A DNA stretch of 49,954 nt, taken from positions 1 to 49,954 of the forward strand of contig JAQUGJ010000001.1 of the NCBI GenBank assembly GCA_028684255.1. Reading direction: 5' to 3'. The notes under the pieces are model-generated. The model was not told where the DNA came from and did not search any database. It was given only the letters and a program-made list of their open reading frames with translations. The DNA comes from Bacilli bacterium. GTDB lineage: Bacteria; Bacillota_I; Bacilli_A; RF39; UBA660. Shown piece after piece: positions 10,559 to 19,760 of the stretch (its first letter is position 1; every line of letters begins with the position of its first letter). The position numbers and the translations under genes are program-made.

Positions 10559-10568
10559 ATATTCCCTT

Positions 10569-11267
10569 CTAGATTGCTTTTAGCGCTAGTACGATCATTT
10601 CATTAAAAGCTGTTTGTCTTTCTTCAACTGTAGCTTTAGCATTTGTTATAAAATTATCAGATACAGTTAAAATACAGGCTGCTTTTTTACCTAAAACATT
10701 AGCATTATGAAAGAGTGCAAAACTTTCCATTTCAACTCCTAAGCAATCATATTTAGATACTAGATCTAAATAATTATCTTTCTCTTGATAGAATACTTCA
10801 CTTGAATAAATTAATCCTTCATTCAATTTAACATTATTATCTTGTGCAATTTCTTTTATTTTATTATTTAATTGTAATGATGGTTTTAATATATTATCTT
10901 TACAACCATTTTGTATTAGAGCGTAATTTGACTCTGAATAACTTTTATCTACTAGTATTAAACTATATAAATCTAATTCCTTTTTATATGAACCACAACT
11001 ACCAACTCTTATGATGTTTTCGACATTATAAAATTTAAATAATTCATAAGAATATATTCCTATACTAGAAATACCCATTCCCGAACCCATAACAGTTACC
11101 TTTTTATCTTTATAATAACCAGTATAGGCATACATATTACGTACACTATTAACCAACTTATAGTCAGTTAAATATGTTTCGGCAATGTATTTAGCACGCA
11201 GAGGATCACCCGGCATGATAACGTTAGGCGCTATATCTTCTATCTTAGCTTCAATATGTGGAGTCAT
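10569..11267 (-). CDS. deoD: purine nucleoside phosphorylase, DeoD type
   Basis: MTPHIEAK...GDPLRAKYIAE, GMGISSIGIYSYEL, VGSCG and VEMES motifs. Confidence 0.9.
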   Translation of the reverse strand: MTPHIEAKIEDIAPNVIMPGDPLRAKYIAETYLTDYKLVNSVRNMYAYTGYYKDKKVTVMGSGMGISSIGIYSYELFKFYNVENIIRVGSCGSYKKELDLYSLILVDKSYSESNYALIQNGCKDNILKPSLQLNNKIKEIAQDNNVKLNEGLIYSSEVFYQEKDNYLDLVSKYDCLGVEMESFALFHNANVLGKKAACILTVSDNFITNAKATVEERQTAFNEMIVLALKAI

Positions 11268-11875
11268 TGTCTTTTTCCTTTTGATTTAATTAAGATAAAT
11301 CCTCCAATAGCTATTAACGCGACAAAAGGAATCATATAATAATAGTAATTACTTTTTTCAATCGGTATAACAACATTATCACTATTTTCAATTACTTCTG
11401 TTACCTTTTCTAGTTCTAATTTTGTAGTATAGCATATATATGTATCGTCTAACTCATAATCACATAAGTTAAATTCTACTTCTTCTTCAATATCGTTTTC
11501 TTTAACATATACTTTTAAACCATTTTCATTTTTAATAGTTAAAGAATTATCATTTAATACATAGTCTTTGATTACATAATAAGTTGTTACACTACTATCT
11601 ACTTTTATTTTTAATTCACTTATTGTACCACCCGTTAGTTTTAATGTTCCACGATTAAAATCAACTTTTGTTTTTTCCCCTACTATAAAGTTACCATATT
11701 GATTGTTTATTTCCTCTTTTTTATCAGTCCATAAAGACACTCTTTCAAAACCTTCGGTAATATAATACAATTTAGTATTTCCTTTATTTGTAAGTTCTAC
11801 AGACACATCATAATCAGCGGCACTAACTATAGGTAGCATTAATGCCATTAAAATTAAACCAAATATCTTTTTCAT
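11264..11875 (-). CDS. hypothetical secreted, C-terminally membrane-anchored protein
   Basis: Signal peptide MKKIFGLILMALMLPIVSA/ADY and C-terminal TM plus KSKGKRQ. ATG at 11873-11875 with GAGGT RBS is preferred over the track start at 11887, which overlaps that RBS. Confidence 0.6.
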   Translation of the reverse strand: MKKIFGLILMALMLPIVSAADYDVSVELTNKGNTKLYYITEGFERVSLWTDKKEEINNQYGNFIVGEKTKVDFNRGTLKLTGGTISELKIKVDSSVTTYYVIKDYVLNDNSLTIKNENGLKVYVKENDIEEEVEFNLCDYELDDTYICYTTKLELEKVTEVIENSDNVVIPIEKSNYYYYMIPFVALIAIGGFILIKSKGKRQ

Positions 11876-11964
11876 ATTACACCTCATTATAATAATATCA
11901 TATTTTATTCTATTTTTATAGGTAATTTTATAATTTAAACATTCATTAGATTTACCTATATTTT

Positions 11965-14769
11965 TTAAAGTACTTCTTTTAAATATTGTCCAGTATAACT
12001 TTTTTTATTTTTTATAACTTGTTCTGGTGTTCCAGTCGTGACTATTTCACCACCGTTATCTCCACCTTCTGGACCTAAATCTATAATATAATCGGCAATT
12101 TTAATTACATCTAGATTATGTTCAATTACAACAACGGTATCTCCATTTTCTACTATTCGATTTAAAATAACAAGCAATTTTTTTATATCCGCACTATGAA
12201 GACCAGTAGTAGGTTCATCTAATATAAACAAACTTTTTCCAGTTGGTTTTTTTTGCAATTCTTTTGCTAATTTAACACGTGCTGCTTCTCCTCCACTTAA
12301 GGTTGGGGCGCTTTGTCCTAATTTGACATAAGATAATCCCACATCCATTAGCATTTGTAATGCTTGTTTTACTTTTGGAACATTCTCAAAAAAAGTATTT
12401 GCTTCTTCAACGCGCATTTCTAATACATCATAAATGCTTTTACCTTTATATTTAATTTGCAAAGTCTCACCATTATATCTTGTCCCCTTACATACCTCAC
12501 AAAGAACATATACATCTGGAAGAAAATGCATCTCAATTTTTTTAACACCATCTCCCCAACAAGCCTCACAACGACCGCCTTTGACATTAAAACTAAATCT
12601 ACCTTTATCATATCCACGTATTTTTGACTCTTTTGTTTGAACAAAGACATCTCTTATATGATCAAAAACGCCAGTATATGTCGCTGGATTACTTCTAGGT
12701 GTTCGGCCAATTGGAGATTGCGATATCTCAACAACTTTATCGATATTTTCAAGTCCCTTTATTTCATTATGTTTACCAATTTTCCATTTTGAACGATACA
12801 AATTATTGGCAACGGCTTTATATAATATTTCGTTTACTAAAGATGATTTACCACTACCACTTACACCAGTAATACAAGTAAATGTTCCCAATGGAAATTT
12901 AACATTTATATTTTTAAGATTATTCTCTTTAGCACCCTTTATTTCAAGGAAAAGACCATTACCTTTTCTTCTTGTTTTTGGAACCTCAATTTTTTCTTTA
13001 CCGGTTAAATATTTAGCAGTGATACTATTTTCACATTTCATAACTTCTTCTGGTGTTCCAACAGCTACAATATAACCTCCATGACTACCAGCCTCTGGAC
13101 CGATATCTACTAAAAAGTCAGCCGCTAACATTGTTTCAGTATCATGTTCGACAACAATTAAAGTGTTTCCTAAATCTCTCATCTCTAATAAAGAGTTGAT
13201 TAATTTTTGATTATCTCTTTGATGAAGTCCAATACTAGGTTCATCTAATACATAGAGTACTCCAGTCAATCTAGAACCAATCTGAGTTGCTAATCTAATT
13301 CTCTGTGCTTCCCCTCCACTTAGGGTTCCAGCATTTCGCGCTAAAGTTAAATATTCTAAACCAACATTAATTAAAAAATTTAAACGTGATTCTAATTCTT
13401 TAATTACTAAATTTGAAATTTCTTTTTGTTCTTTTGTAAGTTTTAAGTTTGTTAGAAATTTATGAAAATCTCGTATACTTAAAAGAGTAACATCATAGAT
13501 ATTTTTTCCGTTTATTAAAACTGAAAGTACTGCATCATTAAGTCTGGCACCTTTACAGGTTGGACATGTCAACTCAGTCATGTACTTTTCTATCCACTCC
13601 CTAATCCAAGTACTTTTTGTTTCAATGTACCTTCTTTCAAGATTAGCAATGATTCCTTCATAGTTGGATTTTGTAGTTCTTGAACCGCTTTTTGATGTGT
13701 ATTTAAAGTCAATAATGTCATCTGTACCATATAGAATTATATTTAATTTTTTTCTACTTAATGATTTTATTGGAGTATCCATATCTATCTTGTAAACTTT
13801 ACAAACTGTTGATAGAGCTGTATACGTTGTGTTAGTTTGATCATTGTTAATTGCAACTATGGCTCCCTCATTAATTGATAAGTTTTTATTAGGTATTATT
13901 AAATCTTCATCTATTTTTAATTTGATTCCAAGACCATTACAATCTGCACATGCTCCATAAGGGGCATTAAAAGAAAACATTCTTGGCTCTAATTCTGGTA
14001 ATGAAAAATCACAATTTGGACATGCATATTTTTCACTCATAACAATTTCTTCATAACCCATGACATCAATAACAACTTTTCCGTTTGCAAGTGAAGCAGC
14101 AGTTTCGATTGCCTCATATAACCTACTTCTTATTTCATCTTTAATTATTAATCTATCAATTACGATACTAATTTTATGTTTTATGTTTTTTTCTAATTTA
14201 ATTTCTTCTTCTAAATCATATTCATTATCATCGACAATAACTCGAACAAAACCTTCTTTTTTTAAATCCTGTAAATATTCTTTAAAGGTTCCTTTTTCAC
14301 CATAAACAACAGGGCTTAATATTCGAATTTTAGTATTATTTTCTAGTTTTAAAACTTGATTTGTCATCTCTTCAATACTTTGACTAGTAATTGGTTTATT
14401 ATGAACAGGACAATAAGGAATCCCTATTCTAGCATATAACAATCTTAAATAATCGTATATTTCCGTTACTGTACCAACAGTACTTCTTGGATTCTTATTA
14501 GTTGTTTTTTGGTCGATACTTATTGCTGGACTTAAACCTTCAATTGAATCAACATCTGGTTTTTCTGATCCACCTAAAAACTGTCTAGCATATGCGCTTA
14601 GACTTTCTATATATCTTCTTTGTCCTTCAGCATATATAGTATCAAACGCTAAAGAAGATTTACCACTACCACTAACGCCAGTCATTACAATTAGTTTGTT
14701 TTTTGGTAAAACTATATCAATATTTTTTAAATTATTTTCTCTTGCACCTTTTATTATTATTTCGTTCAT
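11965..14769 (-). CDS. uvrA: excinuclease ABC subunit A
   Basis: 934 aa; two ABC modules (GVSGSGKSSL twice; LSGGEAQR / LSGGEAAR); CxxC zinc modules. Confidence 0.95.
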   Translation of the reverse strand: MNEIIIKGARENNLKNIDIVLPKNKLIVMTGVSGSGKSSLAFDTIYAEGQRRYIESLSAYARQFLGGSEKPDVDSIEGLSPAISIDQKTTNKNPRSTVGTVTEIYDYLRLLYARIGIPYCPVHNKPITSQSIEEMTNQVLKLENNTKIRILSPVVYGEKGTFKEYLQDLKKEGFVRVIVDDNEYDLEEEIKLEKNIKHKISIVIDRLIIKDEIRSRLYEAIETAASLANGKVVIDVMGYEEIVMSEKYACPNCDFSLPELEPRMFSFNAPYGACADCNGLGIKLKIDEDLIIPNKNLSINEGAIVAINNDQTNTTYTALSTVCKVYKIDMDTPIKSLSRKKLNIILYGTDDIIDFKYTSKSGSRTTKSNYEGIIANLERRYIETKSTWIREWIEKYMTELTCPTCKGARLNDAVLSVLINGKNIYDVTLLSIRDFHKFLTNLKLTKEQKEISNLVIKELESRLNFLINVGLEYLTLARNAGTLSGGEAQRIRLATQIGSRLTGVLYVLDEPSIGLHQRDNQKLINSLLEMRDLGNTLIVVEHDTETMLAADFLVDIGPEAGSHGGYIVAVGTPEEVMKCENSITAKYLTGKEKIEVPKTRRKGNGLFLEIKGAKENNLKNINVKFPLGTFTCITGVSGSGKSSLVNEILYKAVANNLYRSKWKIGKHNEIKGLENIDKVVEISQSPIGRTPRSNPATYTGVFDHIRDVFVQTKESKIRGYDKGRFSFNVKGGRCEACWGDGVKKIEMHFLPDVYVLCEVCKGTRYNGETLQIKYKGKSIYDVLEMRVEEANTFFENVPKVKQALQMLMDVGLSYVKLGQSAPTLSGGEAARVKLAKELQKKPTGKSLFILDEPTTGLHSADIKKLLVILNRIVENGDTVVVIEHNLDVIKIADYIIDLGPEGGDNGGEIVTTGTPEQVIKNKKSYTGQYLKEVL

Positions 14770-14839
14770 AAATCACCTTACATAAATATTATAGCACAAA
14801 ACAAGATTAATATTATTGAAAAAAAAGAGAGTTTAAAGT

Positions 14840-15913
14840 TTATTCTATCTCTTTTTTATCCATTTCTACTTGGTGTATTGTATTGAACTTTTTAGTAATC
14901 TTTTCAGTTGTCGTATGAATGTCTTTAACATCCTTACTTACTGTTTCGATACTACGATATAATTTATCCCAACGGTTTTTATATCTAGAAAAATCATCAC
15001 TTAAAGCGTTTAATTCTCTATGAATTACAGTTGCGTATTTATCTCTTTCAATATTCTTAATTATTACTTGAATTGTTGTTAAAGTGCTTATCAAAGTTGT
15101 TGGTGATGTTAACCATACCCTTTTCTTATTACCATAATCAAGAAGTTCAATATGATATGCATTTATTTCTGCAAAAATAGCTTCTGCCGGTAAAAACATA
15201 ATTGCTTGTTCACTTGTAACACCAGGAATTATATATTTAGAACTAATATCATCAATATGTTTTTTAACATCTTGTTTAAATAATTTTTCAGCATTTAATC
15301 TAACAATTTCCGAATTTTTCTTATCTACCATTTCTTGGTAATGCTCGAGTGGAAATTTAGAATCAATTGCAATTACTCCTAATGGTTCTGGCGCGAATAA
15401 AACGCAGTCAACTAATGTACCATTACTGAATTTGTATTGCATTCTATATAATGTATCATTATTTCCAAAAACATTAGACATAATATGTTTTAAATTAACT
15501 TCACCAAAGGTTCCTCTTGCTTTCTTATCTGTTAATACATTTTGCAATGAAACAATATCATATGATAAACTATCTATCTTCTTCTGAGCTTCGTCGATCT
15601 TTGTTAATCTTTCAATTACAGAATTAAATGTCTTGTTTGTTCTTTCAAAATTTACATCTAATTTTTCATTTACCATATCATTGATTTGTGTTAATTTTTT
15701 ATCAATTATTTGAATTAGTTTAGAAAAATCCTCACTTATATCTCTACTGATACCGGTTTTAAATTCTCCCAATTCCTTTACTGTCGACATTTCTACTTTC
15801 CCTAATCGCTCAGTAATGTTCGATTCATTTACCCCTCTTGTTAATAATATTGAAGCTAGAGCTATAACTATTATCAAGATTAAAATTAATAGTACTATTA
15901 TTAAAATTTCCAT
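14840..15913 (-). CDS. rmuC: DNA recombination protein RmuC
   Basis: N-terminal TM, long coiled-coil region, conserved RmuC C-terminal domain (VLFAPEP..IAIDSKFPLE..FLPAEAIF). Confidence 0.8.
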   Translation of the reverse strand: MEILIIVLLILILIIVIALASILLTRGVNESNITERLGKVEMSTVKELGEFKTGISRDISEDFSKLIQIIDKKLTQINDMVNEKLDVNFERTNKTFNSVIERLTKIDEAQKKIDSLSYDIVSLQNVLTDKKARGTFGEVNLKHIMSNVFGNNDTLYRMQYKFSNGTLVDCVLFAPEPLGVIAIDSKFPLEHYQEMVDKKNSEIVRLNAEKLFKQDVKKHIDDISSKYIIPGVTSEQAIMFLPAEAIFAEINAYHIELLDYGNKKRVWLTSPTTLISTLTTIQVIIKNIERDKYATVIHRELNALSDDFSRYKNRWDKLYRSIETVSKDVKDIHTTTEKITKKFNTIHQVEMDKKEIE

Positions 15914-15921
15914 AAATCACC

Positions 15922-16506
15922 TCAATCTAAATTATATTTTTTATTTACAAAATAAGATACAATATAAGCTCCTAATAGCAATATAACTATTTTAATTAAA
16001 ACTTTATAATCTGAAATGCTTTCTATTAAGGTTGTTCCAATGTATCCCCAGAAAAAAATTATTGATATTTTAGCAATCAACATTGCTAATATAAATTTTT
16101 TAAAACTCATTTTGGATAAACCTGCTGCAATATTAATTGTGAATGCTGGTGTAAAAGGTAATGCTGTAACAATAACTAAAAGGCTGAATTTTACACTAGA
16201 CATTTTTTTCATCAAATCACTATATTTTGTTGAATTAAGATTCTTATATAAACGTTTACTAAGTCCTTTCCTAAAAAGCCAAAAAGATATAGCACAACCT
16301 ATAACAGTTCCAATCCAAGAAACAACAAATCCTAAGGCATTTCCCATTACTAATGTATTAATCGCAATAAAAACTGCCAATGGTAATATTGGTAATATAG
16401 ATTCAACGATGACAATAATTAATCCCATCAATATCGATATTATTATATTATCATTTACAATTATATTCTTTAAAAAAAGTACTATTTGTTCTAATGTTTC
16501 TTGCAT
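15922..16506 (-). CDS. TVP38/TMEM64 (DedA superfamily) membrane protein
   Basis: Polytopic membrane protein with WIGTVIGCAISFWLFRKG-type motif. ATG at 16504-16506 (MQETLEQ, GGTGA RBS) is preferred over the track start at 16545. Confidence 0.6.
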   Translation of the reverse strand: MQETLEQIVLFLKNIIVNDNIIISILMGLIIVIVESILPILPLAVFIAINTLVMGNALGFVVSWIGTVIGCAISFWLFRKGLSKRLYKNLNSTKYSDLMKKMSSVKFSLLVIVTALPFTPAFTINIAAGLSKMSFKKFILAMLIAKISIIFFWGYIGTTLIESISDYKVLIKIVILLLGAYIVSYFVNKKYNLD

Positions 16507-16560
16507 TTCGTCACCTATTATAATTATATCACAATAACAAAACAAGGTATATAAAATACC

Positions 16561-16851
16561 TTATTTTTCCAATATCCAACTTTCGTATCCCCCTAAAACA
16601 TTAACAGCTTTATACCCTAACGAGTTTAAGAAAAGACACATTTTATAACTTCTTATACCTTTTTGACAATATATATAATATTTTTTATTTCTATCTAAAT
16701 ATTTATTTGGATTACTAATTAATAAATTACTTTCAATATTCTTTGAATTCGGAATATGATTATTATTATAACTAATCGGAGTTCTGATATCAATAACATG
16801 TACTTTATCACCCATTTTTAATAAATCAGTGACGCTGATATTTGTTACCAT
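16561..16851 (-). CDS. rhodanese-like single-domain sulfurtransferase
   Basis: 96 aa with active-site loop CQKGIRS. Confidence 0.8.
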   Translation of the reverse strand: MVTNISVTDLLKMGDKVHVIDIRTPISYNNNHIPNSKNIESNLLISNPNKYLDRNKKYYIYCQKGIRSYKMCLFLNSLGYKAVNVLGGYESWILEK

Positions 16852-16907
16852 TAAACCACCTAGTACATTATATGCAAATAAATATTATGATAAAGTGCAT
16901 TTAACTA

Positions 16908-19061
16908 TTAAACATCGTCATTAAAGAAATCATCAAAGAATTGATCATCAGTAATAAGGTTCTTATTATCCGACTTTTTATTTTCTTCATCTGGTATTTC
17001 AATTGGTTTAGGTTTTTCTTCAATAAAACCAGGTAATGTAACATTTATTTGTTCATCTTCTATTTTACTTATAATCTCTACTGGTTCATTATCCAATTCT
17101 TCAATGAAAGGCGATTTAATTTCTTCTACATTTTCAATTGTTGGCCTTAATATATTTCGATTTTGTGAAGACAATTCGCGCTCTCTTTTTTCTTCTTCTT
17201 CCAATTCCGCTATTTTAGCATCTATTCTTTTTACTAATTCATCTATATTAAATGCTCCTGGTTTTGAAGATTCTGACTGTCTTTCAGTTGCTCTACTAGC
17301 ATTGTCTACAGGATTAAGATTACCTAAAACTTCTTTTATCTTTTGTTCTTTTTTATTATCAACAAAAGCTTTTATATCAAAATAACGAACTTGTCCTGGA
17401 GTTCTCTCTGGGTAAGACGCTTTAATATAATCTTTTCCCCAAGCATTTTTTTCTAACATTTTAAAATTAGGTGTCATTTCAGTCTTATATGGCATCATTC
17501 TAGTTCTAATTGTAATAATTGACCATTGCTTTAAACGTTGTAAGTCACTTACTGTTACTAATGGTGTTGAAACTGTTTTATCTTTTTCTTTAGATTTTTC
17601 TTCTCCACACATTTTACTTATTTCTTCTAAAGCACTTATTTCACTACTAATTAAATAAATTATATTTCCACAATTTCCTTTTATTGTTTCGCCATTTTCT
17701 TTGCCATATACTTGCGTTAATTGTGCAAAGTTTTGAATAATAAAATTAAATCTAATCTTTCTACTACGTGCTGCAGTAACCATAGTTGTTACATCTTTAA
17801 GTGGGGGCATATTTGCAAATTCGTCTAGAATAAAATTGGTTCTAAATGGTAATTTCCCACCACTTTCTTGTGCTATATCAATTAATGTTTCATAGCATTG
17901 TTTAATAAATATTGTTACTAATGAATGATATGTCTTTTTTTCATCTTGAACTACTAAGAATACAGCTGTTTTCCTTCGTCCGATTTCTTTCATATCAAAG
18001 TCACTTTTTGATAACATTTCCGATAAATTTTGACGAGACGAAAATAGTTTAATTTTTTGTTTAAATACAGATAAAATACTACTTTTTGTTTCATTTGGTG
18101 CCATTAATGTACTTACTGCATTTATATACGCTGGTGATGTTGGATCTTTATAACTAAAGTATTCTTTAATATAGGTAGTATTACCCATTTTTTCTTCACC
18201 AGCACTAGTCATTAAGTTAATACTACTTAAATTTATTTCTGCTTCATCAGCATCATCGAATAATCCAAGTGCCAAACCTGCAAAATAATCCGCTGATGTC
18301 TTTTCCCAGAAAGGATCTTGTCCTTGGGCATTCTCATCATAAAGAATATTCATTGCTAAGTCATCTAATAATTCGTTAGCCTTATCTTGATTTCCATTTC
18401 TATATAATGAATATGGTAATGCTAAAGGATTCCATGAATTACCCCTTTGTGGATCACGGAAATTAAGTAAAACAATATTATATCCTTTTTCCTTTAATTC
18501 TATAGCATTGTTTTCATATATTTCACCCTTAGGGTCAGTAATAATCATCGATTCGCCTTTTTTGGCTAGTACTTTTACTAACGGTTGTACTAACATTTCT
18601 GTTTTACCAGAACCGGTTGATCCGATAATTAAACTGTGAAATTCACCATTATCTACCCATAATTCTTTACCATTATTTATAAGCGGAATACCTGCTACAT
18701 CAGAAGTTGGTGATGCAGGATCAACTCTTTTTAAAACTTTTTTCATTTCTTTAGTTGTTGCCCATCTTGCATAACCTTTATCTTTCTTAGCATTTGTTGA
18801 AATTCCAATACCTTTTTCTCTATCAAAAAATAAAGAAGAAACACTAAGCATTATAAATACTAATGCAAAAAAGAAGAAGACAAAAGTACCCGCTATTTTT
18901 TCTTTATTAAATGCAGGTAGTGGATCAAAACCATGAAAAGTACCTGTTCTTGAAAATGTTGTTAAATTTAATGTCGCTATTGCTACTAAATATAATAAAG
19001 CTACACAAAAAATTAAGAAAATTACTATATCTTTTGCATCTGCTCTTATTTTTAATTTCAT
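16908..19061 (-). CDS. type IV secretion coupling protein, VirD4/TraG family
   Basis: Two N-terminal TM helices, GYARWAT motif, Walker A GSTGSGKTE, Walker B-like FILDEF, acidic C-terminal tail. Confidence 0.85.
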   Translation of the reverse strand: MKLKIRADAKDIVIFLIFCVALLYLVAIATLNLTTFSRTGTFHGFDPLPAFNKEKIAGTFVFFFFALVFIMLSVSSLFFDREKGIGISTNAKKDKGYARWATTKEMKKVLKRVDPASPTSDVAGIPLINNGKELWVDNGEFHSLIIGSTGSGKTEMLVQPLVKVLAKKGESMIITDPKGEIYENNAIELKEKGYNIVLLNFRDPQRGNSWNPLALPYSLYRNGNQDKANELLDDLAMNILYDENAQGQDPFWEKTSADYFAGLALGLFDDADEAEINLSSINLMTSAGEEKMGNTTYIKEYFSYKDPTSPAYINAVSTLMAPNETKSSILSVFKQKIKLFSSRQNLSEMLSKSDFDMKEIGRRKTAVFLVVQDEKKTYHSLVTIFIKQCYETLIDIAQESGGKLPFRTNFILDEFANMPPLKDVTTMVTAARSRKIRFNFIIQNFAQLTQVYGKENGETIKGNCGNIIYLISSEISALEEISKMCGEEKSKEKDKTVSTPLVTVSDLQRLKQWSIITIRTRMMPYKTEMTPNFKMLEKNAWGKDYIKASYPERTPGQVRYFDIKAFVDNKKEQKIKEVLGNLNPVDNASRATERQSESSKPGAFNIDELVKRIDAKIAELEEEEKRERELSSQNRNILRPTIENVEEIKSPFIEELDNEPVEIISKIEDEQINVTLPGFIEEKPKPIEIPDEENKKSDNKNLITDDQFFDDFFNDDV

Positions 19062-19070
19062 GTTTACCTC

Positions 19071-19751
19071 CTACATTTGGTTTGCTTTTTTATTTTTTAA
19101 ATAGAAGAATGTAATAATTCCAACAATTGAAACTATTATTATTCCAGCAAAAATAATCATGTTAATATAAAAACTAAAATTCGGTTTTTCTGGTACCTCG
19201 ATTATTTTATAAGAAAATTTAATCGGTTTATTTAAGAAATTATCTCGATTGATTTTCCATATATAAGTCTTTCCATCAACTTCATCAGCATTATGATCAA
19301 TTGCTTCTACATCTTCCGCTAAATTAAATCTAATTGCCATTCTTTCAGAATAATAATATTGTGAATCAAAGCAAAGGAATTGTTCACTTGTTGTAATTAA
19401 ATATTTATCTTCTGTCTTAACACTTGAAAAAATATCATAACATGTTGCTGCTAAATAAAGTCCTGTAAATTCCGAAAAATTATTATATGTGTAATCGTAA
19501 TAAATATCCAATCCTTTATCAGTATATTCATAACTCGTATTATACAATTCGGTCGAAAAGGGATCTGTAAATACAGATACTGGTTCAATATCACTGTTAC
19601 TTTTTATTTCAGCACCAAGAAATTCATTAATACCATACGAAACCTTTGCCCTTTCAGTCAAGGAACTTCCACTAATATCTAAATCATATGTAGCGGAACA
19701 TCCTGTAAAAAATATTACAAACATTAAAAACCAAATTATTTTTTTTTTCAC
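19071..19751 (-). CDS. hypothetical lipoprotein with C-terminal TM anchor (T4SS-associated)
   Basis: Lipobox FFTG/C at residues 14-18 and C-terminal TM IIFAGIIIVSIVGIITFFYL. Sits between the hydrolase and the coupling protein. Confidence 0.6.
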   Translation of the reverse strand: MKKKIIWFLMFVIFFTGCSATYDLDISGSSLTERAKVSYGINEFLGAEIKSNSDIEPVSVFTDPFSTELYNTSYEYTDKGLDIYYDYTYNNFSEFTGLYLAATCYDIFSSVKTEDKYLITTSEQFLCFDSQYYYSERMAIRFNLAEDVEAIDHNADEVDGKTYIWKINRDNFLNKPIKFSYKIIEVPEKPNFSFYINMIIFAGIIIVSIVGIITFFYLKNKKANQM

Positions 19752-19760
19752 AATATCCCT

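Noticed and set aside
11917-11960. 9-bp inverted repeat TATAGGTAA / TTACCTATA with a 26-nt loop just after the uvrA stop; considered as the uvrA terminator.
   Set aside because: On the coding (minus) strand the stem is followed by an A-run, not a U-tract, and the loop is very long. The T-run is on the plus strand, where no gene exists. Left unassigned.
12420-12650. Nested minus-strand ORFs in alternative frames (12420..12650 inside uvrA; also 28880..29098 and 31279..31473).
   Set aside because: They sit out of frame inside well-supported genes, are short, and have no RBS or motif. Treated as chance ORFs.
16016-16537. 173-aa plus-strand ORF, together with the other plus-strand ORFs in the track (e.g. 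489..698, 3133..3641, 4005..4691, 12434..13075, 31934..32353, 48465..48822).
   Set aside because: All lie antisense to longer minus-strand genes that have clear family motifs. In AT-rich DNA the antisense frame is often open. None has a convincing RBS or a conserved motif.
16852-16907. Possible attR-type direct repeat of the tRNA-Leu 3' end at the far boundary of the cluster.
   Set aside because: I read this intergenic region and the first and last ~100 nt of the cluster. No recognisable copy of GGTTCGAGTCCGACCACGAGCACCA or a long sub-string is present. This was by eye only, so a degenerate repeat cannot be excluded.
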